Shown piece by piece: positions 1 to 9,074 of a stretch of DNA of 35,113 bases; the stretch's first letter is position 1; each line of letters starts with the position of its first letter. The stretch lies in the IMG/VR virus record IMGVR_UViG_637000270_000013. The stretch is one strand, 5' to 3'. The translations under genes and the position numbers were made by a program. This stretch comes from a virus. The notes beneath the pieces are model-generated. The model was not told the DNA's origin, did no database searches, and was given only the letters and a program-made list of their open reading frames with translations.

Positions 1-846
1 TTAGCCAAGTTGGGCAGCTGCTTTTGAACGCGCTTCCATCCATCGATTACTGAAGCCCCGTTTGCTGTAATGCCCCTTATGCTGCCCCATGATGACGGCG
101 GAGGTAGCATTTGCTGGTGTGGAAAAAACCTTGGCGCGATCTATCGCAGCTTGAATCCTTGGCGTCCAGGCTTTGATTTGCTTAATTCCAGTCTTTCCCT
201 GCTGAATAAAAATTCCTTGCTCAGTGATTTGTTGCCACTTCATCCCAAGTACATCAGATAATCGAGCGGCGCAAAGGTAGGCTATCTCCATAGCAATTTT
301 GACTATATCGTCAGCAGCTCGATAAATAGCAAGATATTCCTCATCGGTAATATGCCGATCGCGCTTGACAGCTTTAAACTTCATAACGCCGGCACAGGGA
401 TTAGCTTTAACATAGCCTCTTTCATACCCCCAGCGATAGACACGGGACATACTCGCCATTTCGTGGTTCGCTTGCGTTTTTCTCTGTAGCCCACGTTTAT
501 CCATAAACTCCCGGACATGCTCCGGTTTAATGCCATCGGCCTTCATCTCTCCGAATACAGAAAATAGTTTTTTCTGGTGCTGCATGTAGTCTTGTTGGGT
601 GCGAGGTTTTAACTCAATGAAATACGTGCTACTAATAAACTTTTCCCATAGTTGGCTAAAGGTAATGGGTTTACGTGCCTGATTAACAACTTCCTCGTAT
701 TTTTTCCAGACAGCGGCAATGCCATCTTTGATTAGCGTCAGCGTGATTGATTCGCTTGATGTTGGTTTCCAGACATAACTGTAGCCGTTAGTGTAAACTC
801 TATTAGGTAGTTTGTTATGCTCAGGGTTAAGTCGTTTCCGGCCCAT
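1..846 (-). CDS. int: Phage integrase (tyrosine recombinase); C-terminus runs off the window
   Basis: Catalytic R motif 'IAYLCAARLSDVLGMKW' and K in 'IQQGKTG'; N-terminal arm-binding region; directly downstream of an excisionase-like ORF. Confidence 0.93.
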   Translation of the reverse strand: MGRKRLNPEHNKLPNRVYTNGYSYVWKPTSSESITLTLIKDGIAAVWKKYEEVVNQARKPITFSQLWEKFISSTYFIELKPRTQQDYMQHQKKLFSVFGEMKADGIKPEHVREFMDKRGLQRKTQANHEMASMSRVYRWGYERGYVKANPCAGVMKFKAVKRDRHITDEEYLAIYRAADDIVKIAMEIAYLCAARLSDVLGMKWQQITEQGIFIQQGKTGIKQIKAWTPRIQAAIDRAKVFSTPANATSAVIMGQHKGHYSKRGFSNRWMEARSKAAAQLG

Positions 847-1053
847 TTAAAGCGCTCCAAAATTGGGTTTGTCTTCTGCGCTTATGCTCGTATTTTCAGT
901 ATTCAAAAAATACGAGCGCATGATAACAGGGCTTCCTTCTCTATCTTCCCAAAAGGGTATATTACGTTTAGCCAACCATTTTTTCTGGTACGCACTGTAC
1001 TTATATTTAGTCAATTTAATGACTTCTTCTTTTTTAAGAAATAATTCACTCAT
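847..1053 (-). CDS. Excisionase-like protein (DUF4224-type)
   Basis: 68 aa 'LFLKKEEVIKLTKYK...QKKWLAKRNIPF...GSPVI' pattern; abuts the integrase start; AGGAG SD. Confidence 0.75.
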   Translation of the reverse strand: MSELFLKKEEVIKLTKYKYSAYQKKWLAKRNIPFWEDREGSPVIMRSYFLNTENTSISAEDKPNFGAL

Positions 1054-1074
1054 TCTCTTTTCTCCTGACTGTAT

Positions 1075-2303
1075 TTATCGGCGATGCTTTTTCCGTTTCA
1101 TCGCCTCTAACAGAATGTCCTGCACCTGACGCTTTGAGTCGCGTCGCTCCATGACCAGTTCATCGACGGTATCAGTGGCGACAATGTGGTGAATAAATAA
1201 CGGGCGCGGGTGCCTGGCCTGTGCCTGCCGGGTAGGGCCGATGCGCTCGATAATCTGCTGGTAATGCTCAAGGCCCCCCAGTGGGAGAAAAACACCAGGA
1301 CATTACCGCCGTCCTGAAGGTTCAGCCCGTGCCCGGCGCTGGCAGGGTGCTCGAACAGTAGCGGTATCCATCCGGCGTTCCAGTCGCTGATGGTCTGCGG
1401 ATTGGCGTCCAGATGAAGGACATCGGAAAAGGCGTTAAGCAGACGCTCAAGGTCGTGCTTCCAGTGATAGGCGTACCAGCACAGGTGTACCGTCGGACTC
1501 GCTGATGATGCTCTCCAGCGCCTTGAGCTTTTCATCGTGCACGTTCAACCACTCGCCGCCGTCATCGGTATACACAGCAACACTGGCAAGCTGCAGGCAC
1601 TTCATGGTGCGGGCAGCGGCGTTAGGTGCTTCGATACCGATATCTTCCAGTTCAAGGAACATCTCCTGCTCCATCTCCTCGTACTGCTTGCGGGCTTTTG
1701 GCGGCAGGGTGACGTTAATGGTGTTGTGGATAGGCAGGTCGATGTCGAACCAGTCGGCGGGGTTGAGCGATAGCGTGAACTCGGCCAGCGTGTATCTGCT
1801 CTTGCGCGTACTCCAGCGGTATCAGCTTTGAGAACGGCTGGTCGGGGAACTGTAGTTTCCTGAACCAGCGGCTTTCAAACGAACCGAACGTGCGTCCAAG
1901 CTTCTTGCCCTGGTCCACAAACCACGCCTGCCTCCACAGGTCGATTAAGCCGTTAGGGGCGGGGGTGCCGGTCAGCTTGACTCAGCGGTCAACGTATTTA
2001 TGGGCCACCTTCGCCAGCGCCGCCTGTCGCTGCTTTGGTGTGCCTGTGATGGGCTGCACCACGAGGCCACGCAGATGCGTCCATTTCAGCGCCTCATCCG
2101 GCCAGGTGGACGTCGCAACGCGCAGTGGGGCCAGCACCAAAGCCGGTCGCGTTTCAATGCCCGATTTGAATAAGGTGTCCAGCGCCGTTAATGTGGCAAC
2201 GGTTTTTCCCATACCCATGCCTGCCCAGATATTGCAGTGCGGGTGTGTGAGAATATGTGTTACCATCCGCGCCTGATAAGGGCGCGGGGTAAATACTTTT
2301 CTA
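1075..2303 (-). pseudogene. SNF2/DEAD-like phage helicase (APSE-like), multiple frameshifts and deletions
   Basis: Fragments: 'FTPRPYQ', Walker A 'MGMGKT', 'LVLAPLRVA', 'LTGTPAPNGLIDLW', 'HPASAGHGLNLQDGGN' spread across different frames. Confidence 0.9.
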
Positions 2304-2501
2304 GCCGATACTCAGTGCCTCCCAATATAAGTCGGGGTGAGTGCCTTTGTATCTTCCGCGCTGGCCTTTCGCCGTGAAAATTAATGTGTTTTCGTAATGC
2401 AGCATAATAGTAGCTCCGTGGTAAGGTCCGTCGTAAAGACAGAATTTCCTACGCCTGAGTATTTTGCGCATATGAATATCTGACTTGTTTATGGCTTGTG
2501 G

Positions 2502-2702
2502 CTATGCCTGCGCGAGGATTTCTACTAACTCGTCGCTCTGCTCATTGGTGAGTTCAAATTTAACGTGCGCAATGCCCATCTCGCTAGCTTCAATAACAAT
2601 AAGACCTTCATGATTACGAGAGACAGTAAGCCCGTTATGAATTGACTCCCATTTCTCGAGGCCATTATGCACAACGCGTGTTTGGTTATAATTCCTGCTC
2701 AT
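2502..2702 (-). CDS. Hypothetical phage protein
   Basis: Open 66-aa ORF overlapping the upstream ORF, in the early-left orientation. Confidence 0.5.
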   Translation of the reverse strand: MSRNYNQTRVVHNGLEKWESIHNGLTVSRNHEGLIVIEASEMGIAHVKFELTNEQSDELVEILAQA

Positions 2703-2994
2703 GGCTATCCCCCGAATATCCTAATGCGGCGTAGTTGTCTACGATAATATCGATAAGAATTTCAGTTGATATGGGTTTATTTTTCAAACCCTTTTTGTAG
2801 ATGTTAATAATTGACCGTTTGAATGCATCACCCTCTTTTAAAAGCCATTCTTGCCCTTCAGCCAGTGCCTTCCATTTTGCCAGTTCGCTCTTGAGCGACA
2901 TAATTTCGTCGGCGGCGGTTGTGCATAGTTTTGATGAGGCGTCATCAAACAGAACCATATCTCTTACACTGTCGCTACAAATAATGTTATTCAT
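2686..2994 (-). CDS. Hypothetical phage protein
   Basis: 102-aa ORF with GGGAG SD; AT-rich. Confidence 0.6.
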   Translation of the reverse strand: MNNIICSDSVRDMVLFDDASSKLCTTAADEIMSLKSELAKWKALAEGQEWLLKEGDAFKRSIINIYKKGLKNKPISTEILIDIIVDNYAALGYSGDSHEQEL

Positions 2995-3055
2995 AATTTT
3001 CTCCCTTTTAAATTAATGCGCTAATGGCTTGGTTGAGCCGTTATTGCCAGAATGG

Positions 3056-3717
3056 TCAGCGATATTTCCATCGCTTTCCCATCCGGCAATAGAAAAGCGT
3101 CCTATTTTCGGGTGATACCATTGAGTGCCGCGCTGCCTCGTGCATCATGTTGCACAGTGCAGAAACGAAATTATTTTCATGAACAACGGACATTTGCGTG
3201 ACCTGACCGCCCGGTGCGACATGGGGAACCTTTTTATGCGGGACGCTCCACGCCATGACCAGCTGCTTGCTTTTGGCATTGCTGAGGCCGTAAGTCGCTT
3301 GCAGAAGCTGTAGCCCTGATAACCGGCGGGAATAATGCCTTGTTTGATATGGTCGATTTCTTCGGCAACCTGCTCGACTTGCGTTTCCACCGATTTCAGG
3401 CGGTGTTCTTGGGCAACCTGTGCCAATGCGTAGGCAAGGTTAAGCTCAGCCTGTGATTTAGGTGCGGCCTGTTGCTCCAACTTATCAATCAGCGAGCGGC
3501 GAACCGCTTTGGATTCACGTGCCGCAACGCGGAGAGCTTGCTTGAGCGTCATATGGATAATTTCAATATCAGCGCCGTTTTTTTGACCTACAAAAATGCG
3601 GATCGGCGGTTCGCCGTACTCCTTGCGCGTTTCGTTGACCATGTTCAGCAACCGCTGAGAGTCGATTTCGTTGTCACTATTGATGGCTAAATCTTGTACG
3701 TTTATTAAGTTTTGCAT
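3056..3717 (-). pseudogene. Phage DNA-binding/antirepressor-like protein (Rha/Roi-like), frameshifted near 3300
   Basis: 'MTLKQALRVAARESKAVRRSLIDKLE' motif, coiled-coil centre, C-terminus continues in ORF 3056-3256; GAGGAG SD before ATG 3717. Confidence 0.65.
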
Positions 3718-3785
3718 GTTGAAGCTCCTCACAAGTTAATGTGATTAATGGAACCCCGGTGCGATCCCGGGGCGGAATGACTGGG

Positions 3786-4545
3786 TTAGTGGCGTGTCAG
3801 GAAGTGTTTAACTTCGTCTTCGTGCCAGTGGTCAAGGCGATCTTCCACGCCCCGTTGCTGCTGGCGGTGGCAGTTCTCGAAAAGCCGCTGTATATCGGCC
3901 AGCACGGTATGGACGTCTTCACGTTTGCGCAGAATGCGCTTGAGGGTTTGCTTTTCCGCTTCGTGGATGGTTTCACGCAGGGGTTCGGTGACGTAGTAAA
4001 TACAGCGGCACTCTTCGGCCAGCAAGGGGATGTGCTGTGCTTCAAAGGGCATCGGCGATGGGGTGCCGGTCACATCGCGCAGAGAATAGTAAACGGCATT
4101 GGTCCATGCCTGTTCAAAACGGAAGCCGTGGGTAATGCACCATACTAAGCGAGCAAGGTTACGGGTGGTATCGATGCGGGTAAAACGCGCAGGTGCTTCA
4201 GGCTGGTAAACGGGTTGGCCGACTTCGCGATCGAGGATGTCCAGCACCCATTTGCGGAACTCTTTGGCGATTGGCGTACGGGCAAACATGGCGACGAGAT
4301 GTGCACCGCAGGGAGAAAATGCTGGTTTTAATTTTACGTAAACTATTGTTTATTCCATTGGTGGTTGATTCGACCACCAATGACATGCCTGTTGCGAATT
4401 TATCTTCGTTGCTGTTATAAAGCCCGGAAACTGCTTTAGGATCTGCATACTCGAGTGCTTTAGCAAGTTCGGTAGAGGTGAACCAGATCTGCCCGTTGTG
4501 GGGAATGGTTTCAAGAATGGTGTTACGGAACATTAAGGTTGTCAT
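3786..4545 (-). pseudogene. BRO-N domain antirepressor, copy A, frameshift near 4305
   Basis: 'GQIWFTSTELAKALEY...IFSLR' followed in another frame by 'MFARTPIAKEFRKWVLDILDRE'. Confidence 0.85.
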
Positions 4546-4604
4546 AGTAATGATTTCCTTCTTAGTTAAGGAACATCACCACCTAGAGGTCTCAAACTCA
4601 TATT

Positions 4605-4682
4605 GGTGGCGAGCTGAACAGGGTTGAGACTACCGGCTAAGAAGGACCCGGCGAGCCTTGCGGCTCCCCCATCCAGCCCACC
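4605..4682 (-). ncRNA. c4-type antisense RNA (P1 c4 / P4 CI-like), copy A
   Basis: Cloverleaf closed by GGTGG/CCACC with a GAGCC-GCAA-GGCTC GNRA hairpin; carries b' CCTTCTTAG and a' GTCTCAA, complementary to flanking a1/b1 and a2/b2 sites. Confidence 0.85.
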
Positions 4683-4703
4683 ATTATTCTGATATGGCGG
4701 ACT

Positions 4704-4805
4704 GACGCATAAAAAAACACGTTCTCGGCGTGTTATGCGCCTTCTTAGATAACCGGGGTCTCAAACCCGACACCTGAATTTGCAGGTGCGGATTGACTAT
4801 AGCGC
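4704..4805 (-). promoter_or_regulatory. c4 a1-b1 target leader and terminator-like hairpin, copy A
   Basis: Minus strand: CACCTG..CAGGTG hairpin, a1 TTTGAGAC (4758-4765), b1 CTAAGAAGG (4740-4748), then an ACACG..CGTGT hairpin with a T7 run. Confidence 0.75.
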
Positions 4806-4939
4806 ATGGGTTATTCTTCCGTCAGTCAATGGTAAAGGTAAAATATCAAAAAGAAAGTTCAAAGAATATAGCTTTATGCTTATTTATTAATGCGTTTTTA
4901 TTAATGCGTTGATGTGGGCGCTTCTGTTCGGGTATTCCT

Positions 4940-5137
4940 TTAGTCACCGCTCGTGCCAAGCCCGTATTGACCTCTCTTCGAGCAACGCTCGAGGGCGCTA
5001 AGGCTGAGATTCATCTGCATGATTGAATCAGCCAGCGGGATTGTTTGACGCCACAATGTTGCGGCCCGCCGGTACAGTCTCCGGCGTTCCAGCGCTTCCG
5101 CTTTTGAAGCTATTATCTGCCAGTCAGCCTTAGGCAC
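4940..5137 (-). CDS. PerC-family transcriptional activator
   Basis: 'KAEALERRRLYRRAATLW' PerC signature; likely GTG start at 5137 after GAAGGGG. Confidence 0.75.
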   Translation of the reverse strand: MPKADWQIIASKAEALERRRLYRRAATLWRQTIPLADSIMQMNLSLSALERCSKRGQYGLGTSGD

Positions 5138-5735
5138 AGACGACCCCTTCAGTGCTTTGAACCAGAGCCAGTGGGGCTTCATTCATCATGACGGCCAGCA
5201 GGCGGGGGAAATGTGCATCGTAGAAATGTGGCTGCGCCTGGCGCGGATTATTTGGATCGGTCAGATTCTTTCCGAACTGTAAGCCTTTCTCCGTTAGCGA
5301 CCAGAACAGCTTCTCTTTGTCGGGATGCTTACTGCTGGGGCGTGACTTGCGCTCAACGATCGCCAACATTGCCAACCGACGATATCCAGATTGCACGCTG
5401 GAGGGCTTACCGTGCAGAGCCAGCAGTTCAGTAAGCGAATGTGTGACCTCACTTGAGCCGGTCGCGGAGCCCTCCGGTGCGTCTACGGCGTAGGCGAAAA
5501 CCAGTTCTTTGGCAACATACGTTCCCTGTTCAGATCCCACACGGATAACCGAGGGAGGATTTCCACCCTCGCTTACAAATTGAGCAATTAAGTCTCCGGT
5601 TTTTTCGTTGGCAAGCCAGAATTTGGGCTTATCTTTTTCCAGTCCTCCGGCTGCTTTGTGCAGATCATTCAGGCAGTAACGCCCAAAAACATCTTGGCGA
5701 ACAACGGTATTTTCAATGACAACTAATTTAGATAT
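5130..5735 (-). CDS. KilA-N domain DNA-binding protein; apparent start codon is ATA
   Basis: Frame is open upstream of 5540: 'VRQDVFGRYCLNDLHKAAGG...KPKFWL...QGTYVAKELVFAYA'; GGAG SD 8 nt before ATA at 5735. Confidence 0.8.
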   Translation of the reverse strand: MSKLVVIENTVVRQDVFGRYCLNDLHKAAGGLEKDKPKFWLANEKTGDLIAQFVSEGGNPPSVIRVGSEQGTYVAKELVFAYAVDAPEGSATGSSEVTHSLTELLALHGKPSSVQSGYRRLAMLAIVERKSRPSSKHPDKEKLFWSLTEKGLQFGKNLTDPNNPRQAQPHFYDAHFPRLLAVMMNEAPLALVQSTEGVVCA

Positions 5736-5852
5736 AACGATTTCTCCATAATTAAACGGATTTGTTTAAAAGGTATTAGGGGGCTAACTTGCAAAATTTT
5801 GCAGATTGGCGGTCAGATCGCTTACACTTGGCTTTACACAGGAGGATCCCCT

Positions 5853-6260
5853 ATGGGCCAAGTCGCATTTGATACATTGCAGGCGTTAGAAGAGCTTGAA
5901 ACCGCTGGCATCTCTAGAGAGCAAGCGCGGGCGATTTCGCTCGTTGTACGCAAGTCGCATGAAGTGGCGGATGTGGCTACAAAGGCCGATATCGCTGAGG
6001 TAAATCGGAATGTCGCCGATGTCCGTAAGGACCTATCCGCAGAGATCGCCGATGTCCGTAAGGATATAGCTCATCGCTTCGAGAAAACAGAGGCGCAGAT
6101 ATCTGACGTTCGTAAGGATATGCAGTTAGTCCGCAAAGATTTACAGCTTGAGATGGCGGGTATTCGCTCAGAGCAAAAACTCATGCGCTGGATGCTGGGG
6201 TTTGGGGTTATCGGTATTTTGTCGTTGGTGGTCAAAGCATTTGTAATGCCTGTTCTGTAA
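5853..6260 (+). CDS. DUF1640/CCDC90-like coiled-coil protein with C-terminal membrane anchor, copy A
   Basis: 'AFDTL...LETAGISREQARAI...VATKADI', 11-residue repeats, hydrophobic C-terminus; AGGAGG SD. Confidence 0.85.
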   Translation: MGQVAFDTLQALEELETAGISREQARAISLVVRKSHEVADVATKADIAEVNRNVADVRKDLSAEIADVRKDIAHRFEKTEAQISDVRKDMQLVRKDLQLEMAGIRSEQKLMRWMLGFGVIGILSLVVKAFVMPVL

Positions 6261-6330
6261 TGCGCCAATCGGGTGTATATTTGGGTGCGGCAAAAATACC
6301 TTATCTCTTTGTTTTCAAATCAATTATGGG

Positions 6331-6339
6331 TGTTAACCT
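6331..6339 (+). promoter_or_regulatory. Putative extended -10 promoter of the tRNA-like gene
   Basis: TG-t-TAACCT ending 15 nt before the tRNA 5' end. Confidence 0.45.
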
Positions 6340-6354
6340 ACACCTGCGCCAATT

Positions 6355-6433
6355 GGGTCGGTAGCTCAGATTGGAAGAGCGTACGTGTTATCAAACCGTA
6401 AGGACGCGGGTTCGATGCCTGCTCGACCCTCCA
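6355..6433 (+). tRNA. tRNA-like gene with a 19-nt anticodon arm, identity undetermined, copy A
   Basis: Acceptor GGGTCGG/TCGACCC, D arm GCTC/GAGC, T arm GCGGG-TTCGATG-CCTGC, T73 and encoded CCA; anticodon arm TACGTGTTATCAAACCGTA. Confidence 0.8.
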
Positions 6434-6436
6434 CTT

Positions 6437-6673
6437 TCAGCAACATACCTCCTGCGTCAGACGGCGAACCTGCTTGCGTAGTCGCTTGTTGTCTTCGGCC
6501 ATATATTCGATCACTGCCCTGAGCGTCCGGGTCTCCCAGTCTTCGTTAGGTTGCCTGCCCAGACTGACCAGATAGCGGGCATCGTCGATACTCTCGCCGC
6601 CGTTGGTGATGGCCACCACTTCTCCTATATTGGGGTGCCTGAAGGTCAGCACCCGTGCATTATCCAGTTTCAT
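6437..6673 (-). CDS. Hypothetical phage protein (intact copy A)
   Basis: 78-aa ORF with GGAG SD; IS-interrupted homologue at 23771-25032. Confidence 0.7.
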   Translation of the reverse strand: MKLDNARVLTFRHPNIGEVVAITNGGESIDDARYLVSLGRQPNEDWETRTLRAVIEYMAEDNKRLRKQVRRLTQEVCC

Positions 6674-6807
6674 GATCCAATTCTCCGTAGATTGCTTGTG
6701 GTGCCTAATTTGATAACCCTCTCAGGCGGCGAGGGTTCCTGCATTCCCCAATGCAAAGGAATCGGTTAAAATGTGCTCATCCCAAACAGCTACGAGAGGA
6801 AAGAAAA

Positions 6808-7292
6808 ATGCGAACGTTAAACGAGAGGCATACTATGCTACTTCGCACGTTGAACAATCCCGACCGTCTTATGGCACCCATTGATGAAGAAACGTTCGAC
6901 CACCTCCGGGAGACCTTTGGTGACGATGTTCTGGCGCGTGATTTAACCTATTTGACATCCATCGGTCTGGTTCAGGCGGATGCAGCGATAATTGGTGCTG
7001 ACGGGATGGTGCATTTTAATCGTGGATGTATGGGCCTTACTGCTGTCGGCGTGTGGGCACCGTTGGCTCTGAGATTAATGCGTTTGAAATCAAGATACAT
7101 AAACAGACCCTTGATCAATTAGAGAATCTCATCAACGCTGCTAACCTTGGAGACCGCGAGAAGCACTCTCTTCTCCAGATGGTAAAAGAAAAAGGTGCAG
7201 AAGCTGTTGTCGGTAAGTGTGTTGATATCGTCTTCGCGAATGCTGCCATTGCGACGTAGGTCTTGCATCACTTGGCTGACTATGTGAAGTGA
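6808..7292 (+). pseudogene. Moron-like hypothetical protein, frameshift near 7050 and stop at 7257
   Basis: ORFs 6751-7122 and 7026-7259 join into one coherent reading; GAGGA SD; antisense to the early operon. Confidence 0.55.
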
Positions 7293-7307
7293 ATACTTCG
7301 GCGTTGG

Positions 7308-7576
7308 CTAAAATATGATTTCAGGCGTTCTATCATCCAGCACGATGACTTCGCCCCCCAGCGCTCTGAGCCGGTCGTGTTCGCGCCTCTGGGAGGGGCG
7401 TGCTTTCTGCCCCGGCGCTTTGCATTCCACAAACAGCACCCGGCCACCAGGTAAGACGACCAGACGGTCAGGTACGCCCGCCTGCTCGGCGATACAAACT
7501 TGTAGGCGATGCCGCCGGTGGCTTTTACCGCGCGGATAAGCTGTTGCTCGATGGCTTTTTCTCTTAGGTAGTACAT
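7308..7576 (-). pseudogene. VRR-NUC domain nuclease, copy A, frameshifted
   Basis: 'MYYLREKAIEQQL...GGIAYKFVSP' then 'AGVPDRLVVLPGGRVLFVECKAPG..RPSQ'. Confidence 0.9.
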
Positions 7577-9074
7577 GCTTATGCCTTCCCGTCATTAATG
7601 GCTCTCGCTAAAGCGCCGGTGCTGGTGTTGGGCGAGGGTTTTGCCATACGGTCAGCGGTCAAAAAGTCATAAACAACGTTGCCGTTGCCGAAGTCCCACG
7701 CGTTACAGTTAGCGTTGGCGAACGGTACGATGGTCATGGATGGTTTTTCAATGTTCATCGAGTTATTCCTTCCGGTAATAAAGCGCTTCAAACCCGCCAG
7801 CGTTAAGCGGCAGGCCATCGGCCCAATGTGGGGTAGTTGCCAGTAGGGTGCTTAGCGCGTCATGCGTGTAGTCATCGGTATCCGGCGCTTCGCAGACCAC
7901 CTCATCGTGTACCGTTAAAACAATCTCGTAGCCGTGCTCTTCAATCACGGGCATGGCTGCTGCCAGCACGTCACGCGTGGCTGCTTGGGTGAGATTTTCC
8001 GCAATTTTTCCGGAATATGTTTTGAGCCGGTCCCATTTGTGCTTGTACGGGTCCATGCCCATGTAGGTCACTTCCCCTCTCCCGGGTAACAGACGACCCG
8101 GCCCGAGGGCAGGGCGATGCGCAGCCACGCACCGTCGCGCCGGATTTTGACGCGCCGACAAGGCAGCGTGCACCCGGGTGTTCAATGGTGTGCCGTACCC
8201 CGTCCTCCAGTGTCCGCCAGAACGAGATGGTCTTTGGATGCGCGTCCCGCCACAGGCGTTTTATCGAATTACAGGCAACAAACACGCGCTCTGTCAGCCC
8301 GTAGGTTTTCTTCCGCTTTACGGACTCGGCGTACCAGTTTCCGGCCTCGCGGATAATTGTCGCCGGTATGGAGGGCAGGGCCACATCGGCCAGCGCATCG
8401 AGGTCAAGGCCGTAGGCGAGGGCAAAGGTCACGAAGGCTGCCACGCCGCCGCCATACCCCAATCCGAGCTCCATCACCTTACCGACTTGCCTTTGCGCTT
8501 TGGTCATTTCGCTTGGGTCGATGTGGAACGCCTTGGCGTAGGCCAGCTTGTACAGGTCATCGCCGATACCAGCGTCATAATCGCGGAATGCCTGCAGCTT
8601 CCATTCCTCGCCCGCCAGCCACGCCAGCATCCGGCCTTCGATATTGCTCAGGTCGGATACTACTAGCTTCTTACCTTCGGGCGTGCGGATGCAGGCGCGT
8701 AGTGCAGAACTGGTGAGCGGCATAACGTCGAACGCCAAATCTGCCACGCCCTTTTTCAGCGCCTTTATCCCCAGGTCAATCTCTGCCTGTGACATGGATG
8801 GCCGAGGGAGGTTGTCGGGCTGAAAAAGCCGCCCCGCCCAGCTCCCGGTACGTGAGGCACCACAAAACTGCTTGGTGCCGCGTAAACGGCCATCGCGGCT
8901 GACGGATTCGACCAATTTCTCGTACTTACTGGTGCTGGTTGTACAGGATTGGAGACGGACGATCAGCCGTTCGCGCAACGCTATCGGCAGATCGGGGTCG
9001 TTGATACGCCGCTTAAGTGTACTTTTCTGCATATCCGGCAGGGTAATGCCGAAGGCGTTAACGATATGGTTGAT
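7326..9074. repeat. ~1.75-kb direct repeat, copy 1 (copy 2 at 25765-27513)
   Basis: Constant offset of 18439; the translated ORFs are identical in both copies. Confidence 0.95.
7579..7758 (-). CDS. Small hypothetical phage protein
   Basis: MNIEKPS... lies between pol and VRR-NUC, AAGGA SD; duplicated at 26018-26197. Confidence 0.45.
   Translation of the reverse strand: MNIEKPSMTIVPFANANCNAWDFGNGNVVYDFLTADRMAKPSPNTSTGALARAINDGKA

Noticed and set aside
4883-4910. 14-bp tandem duplication (TTTATTAATGCGTT)2
   Set aside because: Only two units, intergenic, and no counterpart in copy B; probably slippage
6355-6433. Selenocysteine tRNA because of TCA in the loop
   Set aside because: No long variable arm or 8-bp acceptor stem, and copy B has TTA
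7326-9074. Diversity-generating retroelement template/variable repeat pair
   Set aside because: No reverse transcriptase and no adenine-specific mismatches seen
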